From Harriotta raleighana (Eukaryota): a DNA stretch of 64,000 nt. Every line of letters begins with the position of its first letter. Position 1 is the stretch's first letter. The notes below the pieces were generated by a model. That model saw only the letters and a list, made by a program, of their open reading frames with translations. It was not told where the DNA came from and did no database searches. The stretch is from contig JBNZDD010013499.1 of assembly GCA_050575255.1 (NCBI GenBank), positions 711,088 through 775,087 on the forward strand, given 5' to 3'. The position numbers were made by a program, and so were the translations under genes. This document shows positions 39,081-52,100 of this stretch, piece after piece.

Positions 39081-42000
39081 AAAATCAATTGTGTTGATTG
39101 TACAGATACCAAGAGCAGTGATACTGTACATGCCAAATTGAACAAAATGGGTCCAATTTTATTCCCAAACATATTGCTATGGTCTGTTAGATAAAATGAG
39201 GATCGGCAAGAACACGTTTGCCAATCTTCGTCTAACATTACCTCATATTGCACAATATATACCTAAGAATATTATCCTCTACATTTCTGGATTAGTTCCA
39301 CTCTAAATGCAATAAATACATATCAACAAAGTGCTTTTAAAATATATAATTCAGTCTGAATTGTTCTTTTAAACAATAGTGACTTCATGTTTTGACATCC
39401 ACATAGTCACTGCACTGATTTCATACAAGTATGATTGGTTTAAACACTGCAGACATATGACAATTTGTTCTGCACAAGCAACAACACGGGCACAAAGCAG
39501 ATTCTGCCAATAAGCTATCTGTAGTTTTTTTTAATACAGTACAAAAATATCAGTTTTAATACAGTAAAAAATGAATGGAATGTTCGATAGATGCCTGAAA
39601 TTTTATTGTAAATGCCTTTCAGCTCTTGGAAAAATGAAGTGAGACAGTAATTGTTTTATAACCAAATTCCATTCTCTTTCCAAATACTGTATAATGAATG
39701 CAATGGGAATCAGCATCATTTAACCTGGTTCTGTTCCTGACAATTTGCGGCAAGGCACACTGCACGTAGACAAACAGATATAATTATGTGTAAATGTAAA
39801 TTACAATATCACCAAGCATATTTACCCTGAATGCATCATATCTTAACAGTGATCTTGCTCAAGACAATTTACATTTAAATTGTTTGATTAGTATGGACAG
39901 GTTTTAGACACAATTTTATATTACTGAGGCCTGAACAAGCTGTACCCGGGTTTGAACAATGCTAACCCAGAGATACATGTTCCAACCTCAAAACACAATT
40001 CCTAATCCAAGCATGATTCTTGCAAAAAACAGTTTATCATGAATTAACTGTATATAGAACACCATTGTTACAAAGTTTATTACAAATCTGTCATTGCGAA
40101 CAAACAAATCAGTGAAAGTTCAAACAGTCTCCTGATTAGGAACTGTTATGTTTGTTTCCATTTGGTCTTCATGTTTGTAATAAGGTTTGACTAATGAGTA
40201 TTCGCTTATGATTTCAACTGTTTCTTTTAACGAAGCATTAAACTTTCATTAGTATCATCAATACCAAGAAGCATTTGCAGATGATATGAAGAGACATTTA
40301 GTGCAACTGAGTCATTAAAGCAGGGTTATATTGTACAAATTTACTGTATTATCTGGATAAACTATTACATGAGTTGATTAGAAGGATGAATTTCTATTAG
40401 CTGTATATCTGCAGACAAAGGCAGCTGCAACATTATCCAAAAAGCAGACATACAGCTATGGTTAATGGGATGCTTTGCTGGATAACAACAAAGTACCTTA
40501 GGATGAGCAGGAAAACGTACGGGTCGACGTGCAAGAGGAGAAGCAGGAGAAAAGATCCCCAGAAATTTAAGCTGAGTTGGAGGAATTGGGGGAAAAATAG
40601 GAAAACCACAATAAAAAGAGGATGTGAATTCACATACAGATAAAATAAATAACAAAAAAATGAAAGATGCTGTTGTACTTAAAATCATTTCTAATAAAAA
40701 CTGTTTCAAATTACTGAAAAATAAAATGTAAAAGCATATACAACAGCCTATAAAGTATTTAAGCATTGAGGCTGAGCAGACCTTTGTCACTGAATACAAC
40801 AATAACAAATTGCAGTCATAAACAGTATTGCTTTTCACGTGAGGAGGACATCCGAAAATGCTGGAATTGTTTTTCAAATCACATAACATATTTCCTTCCA
40901 ACAAAGGTTAAAATCTAACAAATTCTAATGAGTTTCAGGCTATTTTATGAAAACGGTTTCCAAAAATTTATGAAATCAAACAATTACTTCTGATATAATA
41001 TTTACAGCATGTACACTATTTAGAATAAGGTCAAAAAGTTAGGTTTACTTTCCACATGGTATATGCACATGGTAAGTATAACCAGCTCTTAATGTTAAAA
41101 AAACCTCACAAACAGCTTCAAGTGACTTTATAATTGATGCAAATGACTAAAAAAGTGGTTTGAAAATAATTACAAAAATGATTCAACTATTTATTATAGT
41201 CAGTAACTCCCACTTCATCAGGAATGCATACATGAAATCAATTGCACCACAAAATCTAGTTACTGTTTATGTATTTCATATTACAGTATATGCTATATTT
41301 CCAATTATTTTTTCGCCCACAATGTAGCCTTAATGAAAGCTACATATAATTCACAATGAACTCTTGTGGGTAAACAAAGTACTTATTCCCCAAAGTAAAT
41401 GATCAGACTGATTTTAAAAAGTGGGGCACGTATGTAAGTGAAATTCCACTGCTGCCTCCAATTTATACAAAAATGTACCTCTAAGCAACAGCATTTTGAT
41501 TTATAGACATTGTAGAGTGCATTAAATAATTAGTGGAATATCTCTAAGGTAGAAATGAGTTAAATCGGGAGAAAAAATATTAGGTGACAAAGTGTCCACA
41601 AGTGAGTCTTCAAACAGGTATAATGATTGAGTTACATCATCTTCAAACAAATGTAAACATAGAAGATTCCAGTGTTTCTGCATTGAAATGGTGCTCTGTG
41701 CATTTCTATTTCGAGACCTATTTTCGAGACCTCACTTCCGTTCATGGCATTGCCCCCCCACCCTGCGCCCCCATCTCTCTGGCCTGCTCTCCCCCTACGA
41801 ACCTCCCCAAAAATGCTCCTTATGATGTGATCACCCTCTGGTGTCAGCTTTTTAAAGTAAGGACAGGAATATGAATGGCAAATATTTTCGGCCGGTTTGA
41901 GATCTCAGAAGATTATTACAATTACAGATTTATGACCATAAATTTTCAAATCCTTTGCATCAGGATTCATAAAAAAAAGTCCACTGAGTAAATAATGGGA

Positions 42001-43520
42001 TACTGTTATTAATGGCTCCTCCAGCACCAGAGCAATTTGTATAATCAACACTAGTTATTTTTCTGCTCTCAATCACTCTTGCTCAGGGTGAAGAGAAGAC
42101 TGCACATGTGAAACTGCCTGCAGTGACCAGTGGAACACGTGGAACACTATTGATCTATTTAGCTAACATGTCCTCACCTATCCAAAAGATTATTGGACTA
42201 ATCAATCTCATCTAATAAACCTGAGTTTAAAAATATTTCCAAAAAATGTATAAGGATTGATGTACACTGTCTGCTCTGAACTTGCAAAACCACCTCCTGA
42301 GGACTGTCTCAGTATTTTGGTTTCAGTGTACTTCCAAAAGATTTTAGGCTTTGTTTTTTAAGAAAACATAATTAAAAATCCCGTATAAAATAAGCTTAAT
42401 GGTTTGGCTCTGTGCAGCAATTATACTGGTGACACAGTCTTCCTCCACTTCCATTGGATCCACATGGTCTAATTCTGAAAAGCAGCTCAGCTCATTTTAA
42501 ACCAGACAGCAAAGCGACAAAGCTTATACAAGGCTTAAACACACATAAGAATAGGAAACATAACGTTGGAGCAGATCAGAATGAAAAGCAAGAAATAGAA
42601 GAAATGTTGGGTATTTTGTACAGTTTTTAGGAATGTACACTTATACTAGTGTATATGATGAAAAAAACAATAAGCACCAGGAGATAAAAAAAAGTTTCCT
42701 TATCCCGACGAAATGCAAACTGTAAATTAGGGCAGAAAATTGAGGTAAAAATTATTAGGACTTAAAATTTAAATGCTACTTTGGCCAATTTCAGCATTGA
42801 AGGACTTATCTTGAAATGATTACATTAAGACACTAATGCTGTGTGAAAGTATGTTTGAGAACATTTGCAAACTGACAAATTATGTGTTTTAACATGAGTA
42901 AGAAGCAGTGAGACATGATCTAGAAATTATAGACTAGTCAAGAAAATGCTCAAGAACATTATTGGCATTTCACCCATTCTCATCCATAATATTGCAGACA
43001 CTGAGCAGTAAACATGATGGAGAAACAATAAGACATTATGTCTCATCAACCTACTGGAATCTGAGTACATCATTCAATTAGTGAATGGAAAAGATTTTCA
43101 GATGGAATTTGATGAATCTTTACAAACCACACTTAAAGCAGGTTTAAGATGTTATAATTATATGCAAATCACAGTGAGGTCCAGTTCTAGTAGTCGTTGG
43201 GGTCTATAAATTCCTAAACTGCTTAATAACAAGATTGTGATTGCAGTTTCATTAGTCATGTGCACTTGCATGGTAGCTGATTCCCTTGTTACAAATTGGT
43301 CATCAGCACTATAATGAACAGCATTATAACAATGTTTATTTATTTTTATTTCTTTCTATATTATATATATTGTAGGTGGGTGGATGTAAAAGTTCATCAG
43401 TGATAGGAAACAAGCGGTTATGTAGAATGGAAAAGAGATTCTTCTTGGGGTAGGGACAAATGTTCAGAGGATTTGTTATAAAAACATAGAAAAGCTAGGC
43501 CAAAAAAGACCAAGATCTAT

Positions 43521-43660
43521 TGAGTTCTTACAAAGGGTCATGGACCTGAAACTTTGACTCACTTTCCTTTCTCCATGGATGCTGCCTGATCTGCTGAGTT
43601 TTCCCAGCAACTTCTGTATTTGTTTCAGTTTTCTAGCATCTATAGCATTTTGTGTTTTGT
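43521..43660 (+). mobile_element. Short chondrichthyan-type (Penelope-derived-like) repeat with decayed hammerhead motif
   Basis: gatgctgcctgatctgctgagttttcccagca core; homologue of 17175-17311. Confidence 0.65.
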
Positions 43661-44074
43661 TTTGCTACGGTCCATCTAGTTTGCCTAGTTACCTTCCTGG
43701 CAGTCGCATATACATATGTCCCAAACCACCTATGTACTGTATCCCATAATGTTATTTCTTAAGCGATAACATGATTTATTTATGATTGTATTCTGATAAT
43801 ACATTAGAGCTCCACGATAACGCAGTAGCTGGGATCCATAAAAATCCATCAGCGCTATATAATAGGGTGCAATCAAGCTAGTACTTCTATATTCAGTGAG
43901 TATGAATAGAGAAACATTCACTCATTTGGAGGAAGCCAAACTGATGGTCACTGATGTTACTTCCTGCATGCTGAAGAAAGGCTGCTAATGGCAACCTGTT
44001 GTCCAAGAAGGCAACCATTTTGCTTCCCTGTCCCAATGGTGTTTTGAAGCAGCAAAGGAGCTGGCCCTGGGTCA

Positions 44075-44470
44075 ACAGCAACAATTTGCATTTATGTAGC
44101 GCCCTTAATGTGGGGGTAGTGCTTCAGTTGACAATGAATCAAGGAGAGGGGGGGATGGGGGTAGTGGTGATCGCAAGCACAATCAAAAAGGAAGATTTAG
44201 ACAGAATATGAAGATGAGGAGGCGGTGAGGGAGGGAGGGAGTTCCAAAGGTTCGGGGCATAGTGACTGAAGGCACGGCCACCAATGGTGAAACAGAGGGG
44301 GCACGGGACAAATAAGAGGCCGGAGCCAGTCAAGCGGAGGCGGCGGGCGGTGGAATCTGGGGGAAAGCAGGTTTGAAGGAATTAAGCGATTTGAAAATGA
44401 GTGAGAGGATCGTGAAGTCGATCCATTCAGTGGTTAAGAGCCGGTGGAGCTTACTGGTGTGATGAGCGCT
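44075..44470 (-). mobile_element. L2 LINE 3' fragment
   Basis: ORF 44139..44333 reads TIGGRAFSHYAPNLWNSLP; (caa)n tail at ~44075. Confidence 0.85.
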
Positions 44471-45709
44471 CTGAGACTGGCATGGAGGTCATTATATAAA
44501 TCCAAGTTGTTGTTGTTGACGATGAGGTTATGGAGTTTTGTACGGGAGAATATCCAGGCGGCAGTTTTTTGAATTAATTGGATATTTCACTCTTAAAAAG
44601 GATAGATCTTGAAGATACCAAGGTTCACACTGCAACTGGATAACAAGTAAACCTGCATTATAATGAAGTGCTTTATAACAGGAATCTATTGTATTTATAA
44701 ACTAAGGAAATCTGTATTGAATAAGCAACTGTGAATGGCGGTCTCCATAAAGGCGTATCCATGCACGTTGATGGGAGAAGGACTTGGGATTCCTTGGAAC
44801 ATGTCATTGGCTCATTCTTGCACCCCCCATTATTGTTACAAGGCAGATACGTAACCAGCTGTACTTTGGAAGAACTAATTGACATATTTGCTTTTGTTCC
44901 AAATGTTCACCTCACCTGAAGGAATGGCGAATGTTTCAAATCAGTTTTTCTTGGGAGATTTTTCATTTTAAAAATGCACACTACTTCTGGTCCACTACAC
45001 TTATGTAGTAAGTGTCTGCTGTCTGTTATGTCCACTTTAAGCCTCATCGTTTTAAAAGATCTGGATCATATACCCCTTCCATCTTAAACAATGAAAACAA
45101 TATTAGCTCTGCACATGTCTCATAATTAATAATTAGCAAATCCTTTAACTTATATCTGAATCCTCTCAAATACTTCAATTTATTTTTGAAGGTAGGGTGC
45201 CTAAACTTACATTAATAATCCAAACATGTCTTCAGTGGTAATTTGTCCAAATTATAATAGCTTCTTTGACCAAATGTCTTTGAGATCCAGCTTAATGTTT
45301 GATTTCACCTTCCTATTGACTATATAATTTACATTGAAGATAAATCACATCCAAGTTCTTCTCTATCAATGTGAATGGATACACCTTTGTGGACCGACAT
45401 TTGCAGTTGCTTATTCAATATAGATTTCCTTATTTTATAAAGCATTTCATTATAATGCAGGTTTACTTGTTACCCAGTTGCGGTGTGAACCTTGATATCT
45501 TCACTCTTTTTAAGAGTGAAGTATCCAATTAATTCAAAAAACTGCTGCCTGGATATTCTCCCGCACAAAACTCCCTAACCTCATCATCAACAACAACTTG
45601 GATTTATATAACGACCTCCATGCCAGACAGCTCATCACACCAGTAAGCTCCACTAGCTCTTAATCACTGAATGGATCGACTTCACGATCCTTTCACTCAT
45701 TTTCAAATC
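44388..45709. repeat. Long inverted repeat: arms 44388-~44790 and ~45349-45709, spacer ~560 bp
   Basis: gatttgaaaatgagtgagaggatcgtgaagtcgatccattcag at 44388 is the reverse complement of ctgaatggatcgacttcacgatcctttcactcattttcaaatc ending at 45709; the alignment continues along both arms. Confidence 0.93.
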
Positions 45710-46463
45710 ATTTATTTGAGGTGAAAATCTTGATCAACTACACCTTAATTAACCAATTTGAGATTTTCCCATTGGTTGACCTGGGTGTCTGTCTCCCTGT
45801 TCCTGAAGGGTCAAAAAAAGGCAACTTCCTCAACTCTCCCAGTGTAGATTTCCAGTATCTGGAATCATCCTTGTTTGCTCATCTTTCTTCTCATGAAAGG
45901 GCCCCAATACCTTTACGATGGTGTAAAGTGGTCTTACATTTCACACAATAGTTCAGATTAGGGATCCTTTCAACATGCTAAATACTTTAGAATGAACTTA
46001 AATTGCCTAATTTCTTTTTAAAAAATAAATGGAAATGGCTTGTCAGAAAGAAATTAAAACATGTGAGGAATCAAGAGCCTACAGATGATCCTGATTTCTG
46101 TATTCCTGGTATATATGGCAGTCCACTACGCATATTGATACAACTCTTTCCCTATGGTTGGTTATCTCAGCAATTCCTTCAATGCCAACATGTCCAATTA
46201 TATGTCATTAAAAAACTTATTGATGAAACAACAGAAATAGAACACAAAAAAGTTGACATTTTGCAACTCTTGCTAACTGTTTGAATTTTTTTTAAAAATT
46301 GATTTTGCTGGCAAGATAGACTCCCTCAAATTGCAGGTTTCAATTGTAGATTTCAGCTACAATTCATAAAGTTACCAGCCATATTCATTCAACGGTTCTC
46401 TAGATATTTGGTCCATTAGTCGGTGGGTAAATCTGTAAGTTTAAATTTTTAAATATGTATTGT

Positions 46464-46833
46464 ACAACAACAACCACAACAACTTTGATTTATAAGTCTC
46501 AGAGAGCTTCACAATAATGGATCCCGGGCCCCTGGCCAGGGGGAGGGGGAAAAAGTTGATCAAAGGCACAGTCGAAAAGAAACGTCTTTAGCTGAGACCT
46601 GAAACTAAGAAGAGAGGGGGCGAGGCGAAGGGAATGAGGCAGGGAGTTCCAGAGCTTTGGGGCGTAGTGGCTGAAGGCACAGCCTTCGACGGTGGAGTGG
46701 AGGATTCAGGGAACAAGGAGGGGACCAGAACCGGAGGAGCGAAGGCAACGGGTGCTGTTTTCAGGAGAGAGGTCAGAGAGGTAGGAGGGTGCAGAGGAGT
46801 GGAGGGATTTAAAAACAAGAGTGAGGATCTTGA
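46464..46833 (-). mobile_element. L2 LINE 3' fragment
   Basis: (caa)n tail; ggagttccagagctttggggcgtagtggctgaaggcac is the reverse complement of the AFSHYAPKLWNSL-coding motif. Confidence 0.85.
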
Positions 46834-48049
46834 GGATCTTGTACAACTATTCAATGTAGTTTGTTGACATTGTACTACATGTTCTTTGATTACATTTTGG
46901 AACCTGGCACCTGAAGTAATATCATAACCTTTGGCAAAAATGGTCAACAAACCAGCAATTTCCTCTTGTTATTTTGTAATTGTCTGCAACTTTTTTCAAT
47001 CATGAAGCAGTTCTGGTGCTTTTGATTTCGTAGAACAGTAGATTATTTTGTTCATTTGAGCCTTTCCCCTCACTTCCAGAATCGAGTAGGTTTGTTTCTT
47101 CAGAGATAAACTCCCAGTCTTGTCATTTATGTTGGTTATTAATTTCCATACAGTTTAGGATTTTATACTTCACTTCCTTTGTCGAATTAAACATATGGCT
47201 GATATTGTTTTTCTGCTGATTAATAACTGTGATATTCCATTTTTAAAAACAATTGCAGCCGCATGCAGAGCATTCAATTTGACGAAACAAAATTCCATTA
47301 CAGCCACAACATAACCAGTTAATGGATTTACTAAAATTGAGCAACAAAACAGATAAACCGAGTGCCTTTGTCTTGCTGTTCAGTGCCTGGTTCTTTGTAG
47401 TACAAAATGTTCATGTAGCACACATGATACCACCATCGCCAAAGTGCACGAGCAAAGAACAGGTCTCATGGAAACTAGCATGTTATAGCAGCAGCAGGAA
47501 GAATGATGCCCCATTTCCAGGACTTCCTCACTTGTGCTGTACTTCCAATCAGTGAGATGCAAGTTAAACCCGCCATTGTAAGCCCCAACCTCATGCAAGG
47601 ACGTCAAATACAACAGTTTTGTTTGCATACTGTTAAACCACCTACAGTCATTCAGGTGAATGCTAATTTTCTGACAAGTATGAAATGTATGTAGCATGGT
47701 TCGGCTCCCATAACAGAAACAATCCCGACTGAGACAAACAAGGAACAAAGCAAAGAAAAGCTCAGACAACTGACAAACTCACACTAACAAACTCTCCCAA
47801 CTCAGTTAGTCTCGTGTGGAATGGGAACTTGCAAGCCTTTTTTTTTAAAAAAAGTGACATAACTTTCGACCAAGTGTAATATCTTCCCACTCCAAGGTTC
47901 CTACTATTAAAGCTTTCACTTACCTATCATTCCTTAGTTATTCAGCTTCCATTGGACATTTTGGAAGCCAAGAACAACTTATTTTTATACATAATTTGAA
48001 TTAGGTGGTGTACTTTTTCTATGCAAGTTGACTATTAATAATAATCATA

Positions 48050-48335
48050 AAGTAATAATAACTGTTTGATATAGCACATTGCCATATCAAGATGTTGCAA
48101 AGCGCTTCACAGAATATACCGTTAAATGGTTGATTGTGTATTTTGCAGGCAAACCACTGCAGCCAATGTGTGCACAGTTTTGTCACAGAAGTCATAGGGC
48201 GAACGACAATTATTTTATCTGGGGATTTTTTATCCAGGACGCTGAGAGAAACTCCCTTCTCTTTGGCAAGTGCCATGGGATTGTTAACATCCACCTGAGC
48301 AGGCATTTGGGGCCTCAGTTTAAAGACTCATCTGA
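48050..48335 (-). mobile_element. Deu-like SINE relic
   Basis: aagcgcttcacagaatatac tail region; gtgccatgggattgttaacatccacctgag...ggcctcagtttaa body. Confidence 0.65.
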
Positions 48336-48754
48336 ATATTATTTCAGCCTCCAGCAATCTGTGGAGTTCACTGTACATGAATCTAGGTCTAAAGAATGAA
48401 ATGTTTTTGATGTATGTGTCTTTATAGATAAGTGAACGTCAGAGGTAATGTTATTTCAGACTAAGTTCTATCTTCAATATAGACACATTTTACACTAACT
48501 TCAAATTATTTTTGGATGAATATATGAATCAGTCTGTGTCCAGTGAGAATATCACAAACAGGAACTGAACAAAGAGAATATGTTCAGATTGAGACTTGTA
48601 TTATAATTCTCTCCTCCCCCTTTCTACTGTGAAATTCTTTCAGTTTATTCAAAAAAAATAGTTTCAAAACCGAAAAGCAAATTGTTGGAGTCATCTCAGA
48701 CCGTCAGTGTAAAGCCTTGAATATTACATGATCAAAAAAATAATAAATTTTTAC

Positions 48755-48865
48755 CTCAGGATCATCGTCATCAAAATCATGAAAACTGGAATGATCTGGA
48801 TTGTTCACTTTATCAAGTAATTCAATGGCAAGTGCACGATTCAAAGGCTGTCCCACAAATTGATG
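48755..48865 (-). CDS. MAP4K3: MAP4K3 exon (~ex12), end of kinase domain
   Basis: tttag|CAT...GAG|gtaaaa; 111 nt; HQFVGQPLNRALAIELLDKVNNPDHSSFHDFDDDDPE. Confidence 0.95.
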
Positions 48866-48949
48866 CTAAAACAAAAGAAGAAACGTGAAAGTCATTGCTC
48901 GAATATTAATACACATTTAACACCACTACACACATGCATTTATACTTGC

Positions 48950-49031
48950 CTGTAATAACTTCTCAGCAGTAGGTCTTTTTTTGGGATTTTTCGTAAGTGC
49001 AAGTTTTACAAAGTGATGAAAATAAGTTGAC
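48950..49031 (-). CDS. MAP4K3: MAP4K3 exon (~ex11), followed by a GC donor
   Basis: ttaag|G...TTACAG|gcaagt; 82 nt; [27 protein letters not shown]. Confidence 0.93.
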
Positions 49032-49117
49032 CTTAAAAAGAGAACATTCAATATTGAAATTGCAATTTGCATTTGAAATAACTTTAAAAACTCGAATGAT
49101 GCATGAATGTTTCTTAC

Positions 49118-49180
49118 CATTTCATCTTGTCCTTCAGCTTTGGTGGCTGAAAATTGCTTTTTGTCATCAAAAACAAAGCC
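49118..49180 (-). CDS. MAP4K3: MAP4K3 exon (~ex10)
   Basis: tttag|G...AAATG|gtaaga; 63 nt; [20 protein letters not shown](W). Confidence 0.96.
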
Positions 49181-49719
49181 CTAAATGAAATCAGTTAGTT
49201 TTAGAGCATGACTGAACAGAAATGCCACATATGCTAAAGTACATAAATCTTTTTGTTCAACCCCTCACAGCTTGGGTTCAGAAACTGAGCTGACCATTTT
49301 CCATTTCAGTTATCTCAAAAAGTGAATGTGAATGCATCACAGAAAACTGAACCAATTGAACACAGGATTATCTCTAAACAACTACTCTTTCAGGCAATTT
49401 AGAAATATTGTCTCTGCAGAATTTGTGAGGCTGTTCGCAAAACAGATGGAACAATTTTTTTTTTTTAAAAATTGATTCTGAAAATAACGTGTCGATATTT
49501 TCACTGTTTTATATTCACATTGGCCCCTTCTGCCTGGTCAGTCGTTGCATTTACCTTTTACCAATCGGTAAAAAATGCTGTTTTACCAATATTTTGTATT
49601 GACTGTGCTGGAATGCTTTATTGGTAAGTATCCATACAATATTCTGTTACTATTTTAGTTCTATTATTAACACGGTATGTTTTAAAATAAGTTAATTTTT
49701 TATGTTGGGTTTTCGGCGA

Positions 49720-49798
49720 CTTGTCATCTGTTTATCCGGCAGAGTCAATTAGTCGACCCCTAACCCTGAGCGGGCCTGATAAACATGGTTTTACTGTA
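49720..49798. mobile_element. Tigger-like MITE terminus (related ends at ~58670-58758 and ~63157-63185)
   Basis: Ends in gataaacatggttttactgta, a CAGTAAAACC-type terminal repeat followed by TA. Confidence 0.45.
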
Positions 49799-50150
49799 GT
49801 TACTAAAGTATTGGATCCATTACTTTTAATCCAATATATACTAATAGCACAGATGGTGATTATTTTTAGGGTAGTGTTAAATTTAGAACTTTTGGGAATC
49901 GTGATCTCAATCTAACCACAGGGAACCGGATATTAAAGAGCAAAACTCTGCACCCAGAGTAAACAGACTAGTTTCCCACAGCTCTGGATTAATTAACAAT
50001 GCTATCCAATATACGAAGTGTGGGCTCTGAGACATGAGCAAAGTGTATTTAACTTACATATCTACAGCACCTTGGGACATCATGTTGACGTGAAAGGTGC
50101 TATACAAATGTAATTTCTTTTTTAACATAGTGTTTTTTACTACAATTTAC

Positions 50151-50282
50151 CTCATTGGATGCAAGTCAAACATCGGAGGCTGAAGTTCAGCTAGCTCTAT
50201 GCCAGTTATACCAACCGCCCAAATATCACACAGTTGATTATATCCACCTTTCCTCTCCACAGCTGCAACCTCTGGGGCCATC
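50151..50282 (-). CDS. MAP4K3: MAP4K3 exon (~ex9), APE/alphaF
   Basis: tcaag|G...ATGAG|gtaaat; 132 nt; [43 protein letters not shown](R). Confidence 0.96.
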
Positions 50283-51170
50283 CTTGAGAACAAATAATTA
50301 ATTTAAAGTAAACTCATGCAAGTAGCTGAGCTGCATTGATAGATAGGCAAGGCATAAACAGCACAGAAGCTGAGCAAAAAAGACTGTTGGGAAAGACATT
50401 GTACTGATTTAATCCCAAGTGTAACCATAGACCAATTCTGTGACATGGAGTAATGGCTGTGAGAAAATACATGTTGTTTAGAGCTATATTGCAGTAAACT
50501 TTTCTTATGGGAAAAAGCACAAAATGCAATCTATAAATGTAATTTTGTTGTTGTTGTAAATGATTAAGACGGTCAGAATATATTGCATTCTTTTTTCTTG
50601 AAAAATTTCCTGAATAGTCTACCATGGATTGAATAGTCCTGAAACGATTCAGGGTAGAGTAGAAACCCAAAATTTCTGGAGACATTCAAAATATGTACCA
50701 GCGCATCTACCGGTTCCCGCACTCAAAAAAAGGTGGGTTCATCTGGTCACATTAGACATCATTGCTGTTTTCTGTGCATGTACAAAGCAGGATGCAAATG
50801 GAGAGTGACCCAGCGAACCGGATAGTCTTGGTTTTGAGCATGAGAAGCTAGAATTGGTCAACTTCGAGGTCAAGTGGTCCCTTCTATCATTACTTCCAGC
50901 TTTAATGCATACACAGCCAAGCAGGGAATGATATCGGAGGCAACTTAATGATCCGGAAAGCAGCTATTTAGAAGAGAAAAGGCCTGCCAGCACACATGTG
51001 CATTGAACAAGGGGCACCATACAGCCACTTAATAAGAAAATGTGTTCTACAGTGAAGCCGTTATAACAGAGCTGCACTAATATCCATGTGGCTAACCATC
51101 TAAATAGGTGGCATTGAAAACATAACCGCTTCTATAAATAGACAAAATATTTTTTTTAAATTGATATTAC

Positions 51171-51243
51171 CAATATGGGGTACCAATAAACGATTTCCTT
51201 TTTGCGATGGTTGCAGTAATCTGTGCAGAAACTCCAAAGTCAG
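51171..51243 (-). CDS. MAP4K3: MAP4K3 exon (~ex8), DFG/activation loop
   Basis: ttcag|CT...TATTG|gtaat; 73 nt; (A)[23 protein letters not shown](W). Confidence 0.96.
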
Positions 51244-52057
51244 CTGAAATGTGAATAAGATTTTATTAGGCGCTACATCAAATTCAAGGATTATTATTAA
51301 ATTGTTGCAATAGCGTTATGCACCATTTATACAAACAGCACAGTTTTTAAGCTCGTACAGCATTTCTTCAATAGCGGCTCATTGTGCTGGATGTATATCC
51401 TGAACAAGAAAAGCCCAGCTCCACATTGATACCGACGTCACAGTGCTGTGTCAGTTTAAGATAAGCACTGACCAGTGTGTGTCATCTCATCCAGCCATAA
51501 AGGACAGAGGCGCCTGGGACAAGCACGATATTTAAGGATTAATGGACAACGGTGATGCTTTGATAAAGATGGCCCAGGGGATTAATATACAAATGTAATT
51601 TTGCTGCTGTTGCTGTTCATTATTCCAAAAATAAATCAGCCATTCACAAATGAAAGCAGCAGCCACGTCCAGGAAATCAGGGAAACACTCACCGGAATGC
51701 CACCAATCAACATTTCATTTGTCCATTGAAAAAAATCAGTACTGTACATACTTTTAAGAAATAATCCCGACAAAGCCGAGACAACTCTTAAAACAAAGCA
51801 AAGTATTTTAACAGACTAAGCTTTGGGGAAAATGTACTTTAACACTAAAATATCCAACAATGCAACGCTAACATAGACAACATTAGATCAGTGTTGTTCT
51901 GATATATCTTGCATTCTTTACACTCTATGAGATACATATCTTGAGATTTTCAATTTCCAACATATTAAGTGACTTGTCATGTAGCAGTTTACTGGTTTTG
52001 GGTTAACATAATATAAAAACAGCAAAATAGCAATGGGAGGAAAAGGAGAGTCCTTAC

Positions 52058-52100
52058 CTAATTTTACATGGCCATTATCCGTTAGTAGAATATTTGCTCC
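52058..52100 (-). CDS. MAP4K3: MAP4K3 exon (~ex7)
   Basis: tgaag|GGA...TTAG|gtaagg; 43 nt; GANILLTDNGHVKL. Confidence 0.96.

Noticed and set aside
40365-40904. Longest ORF in the track (179 aa, hydrophobic)
   Set aside because: Product of T-rich low-complexity intron sequence, includes an L2 tail, and has no recognisable domain.
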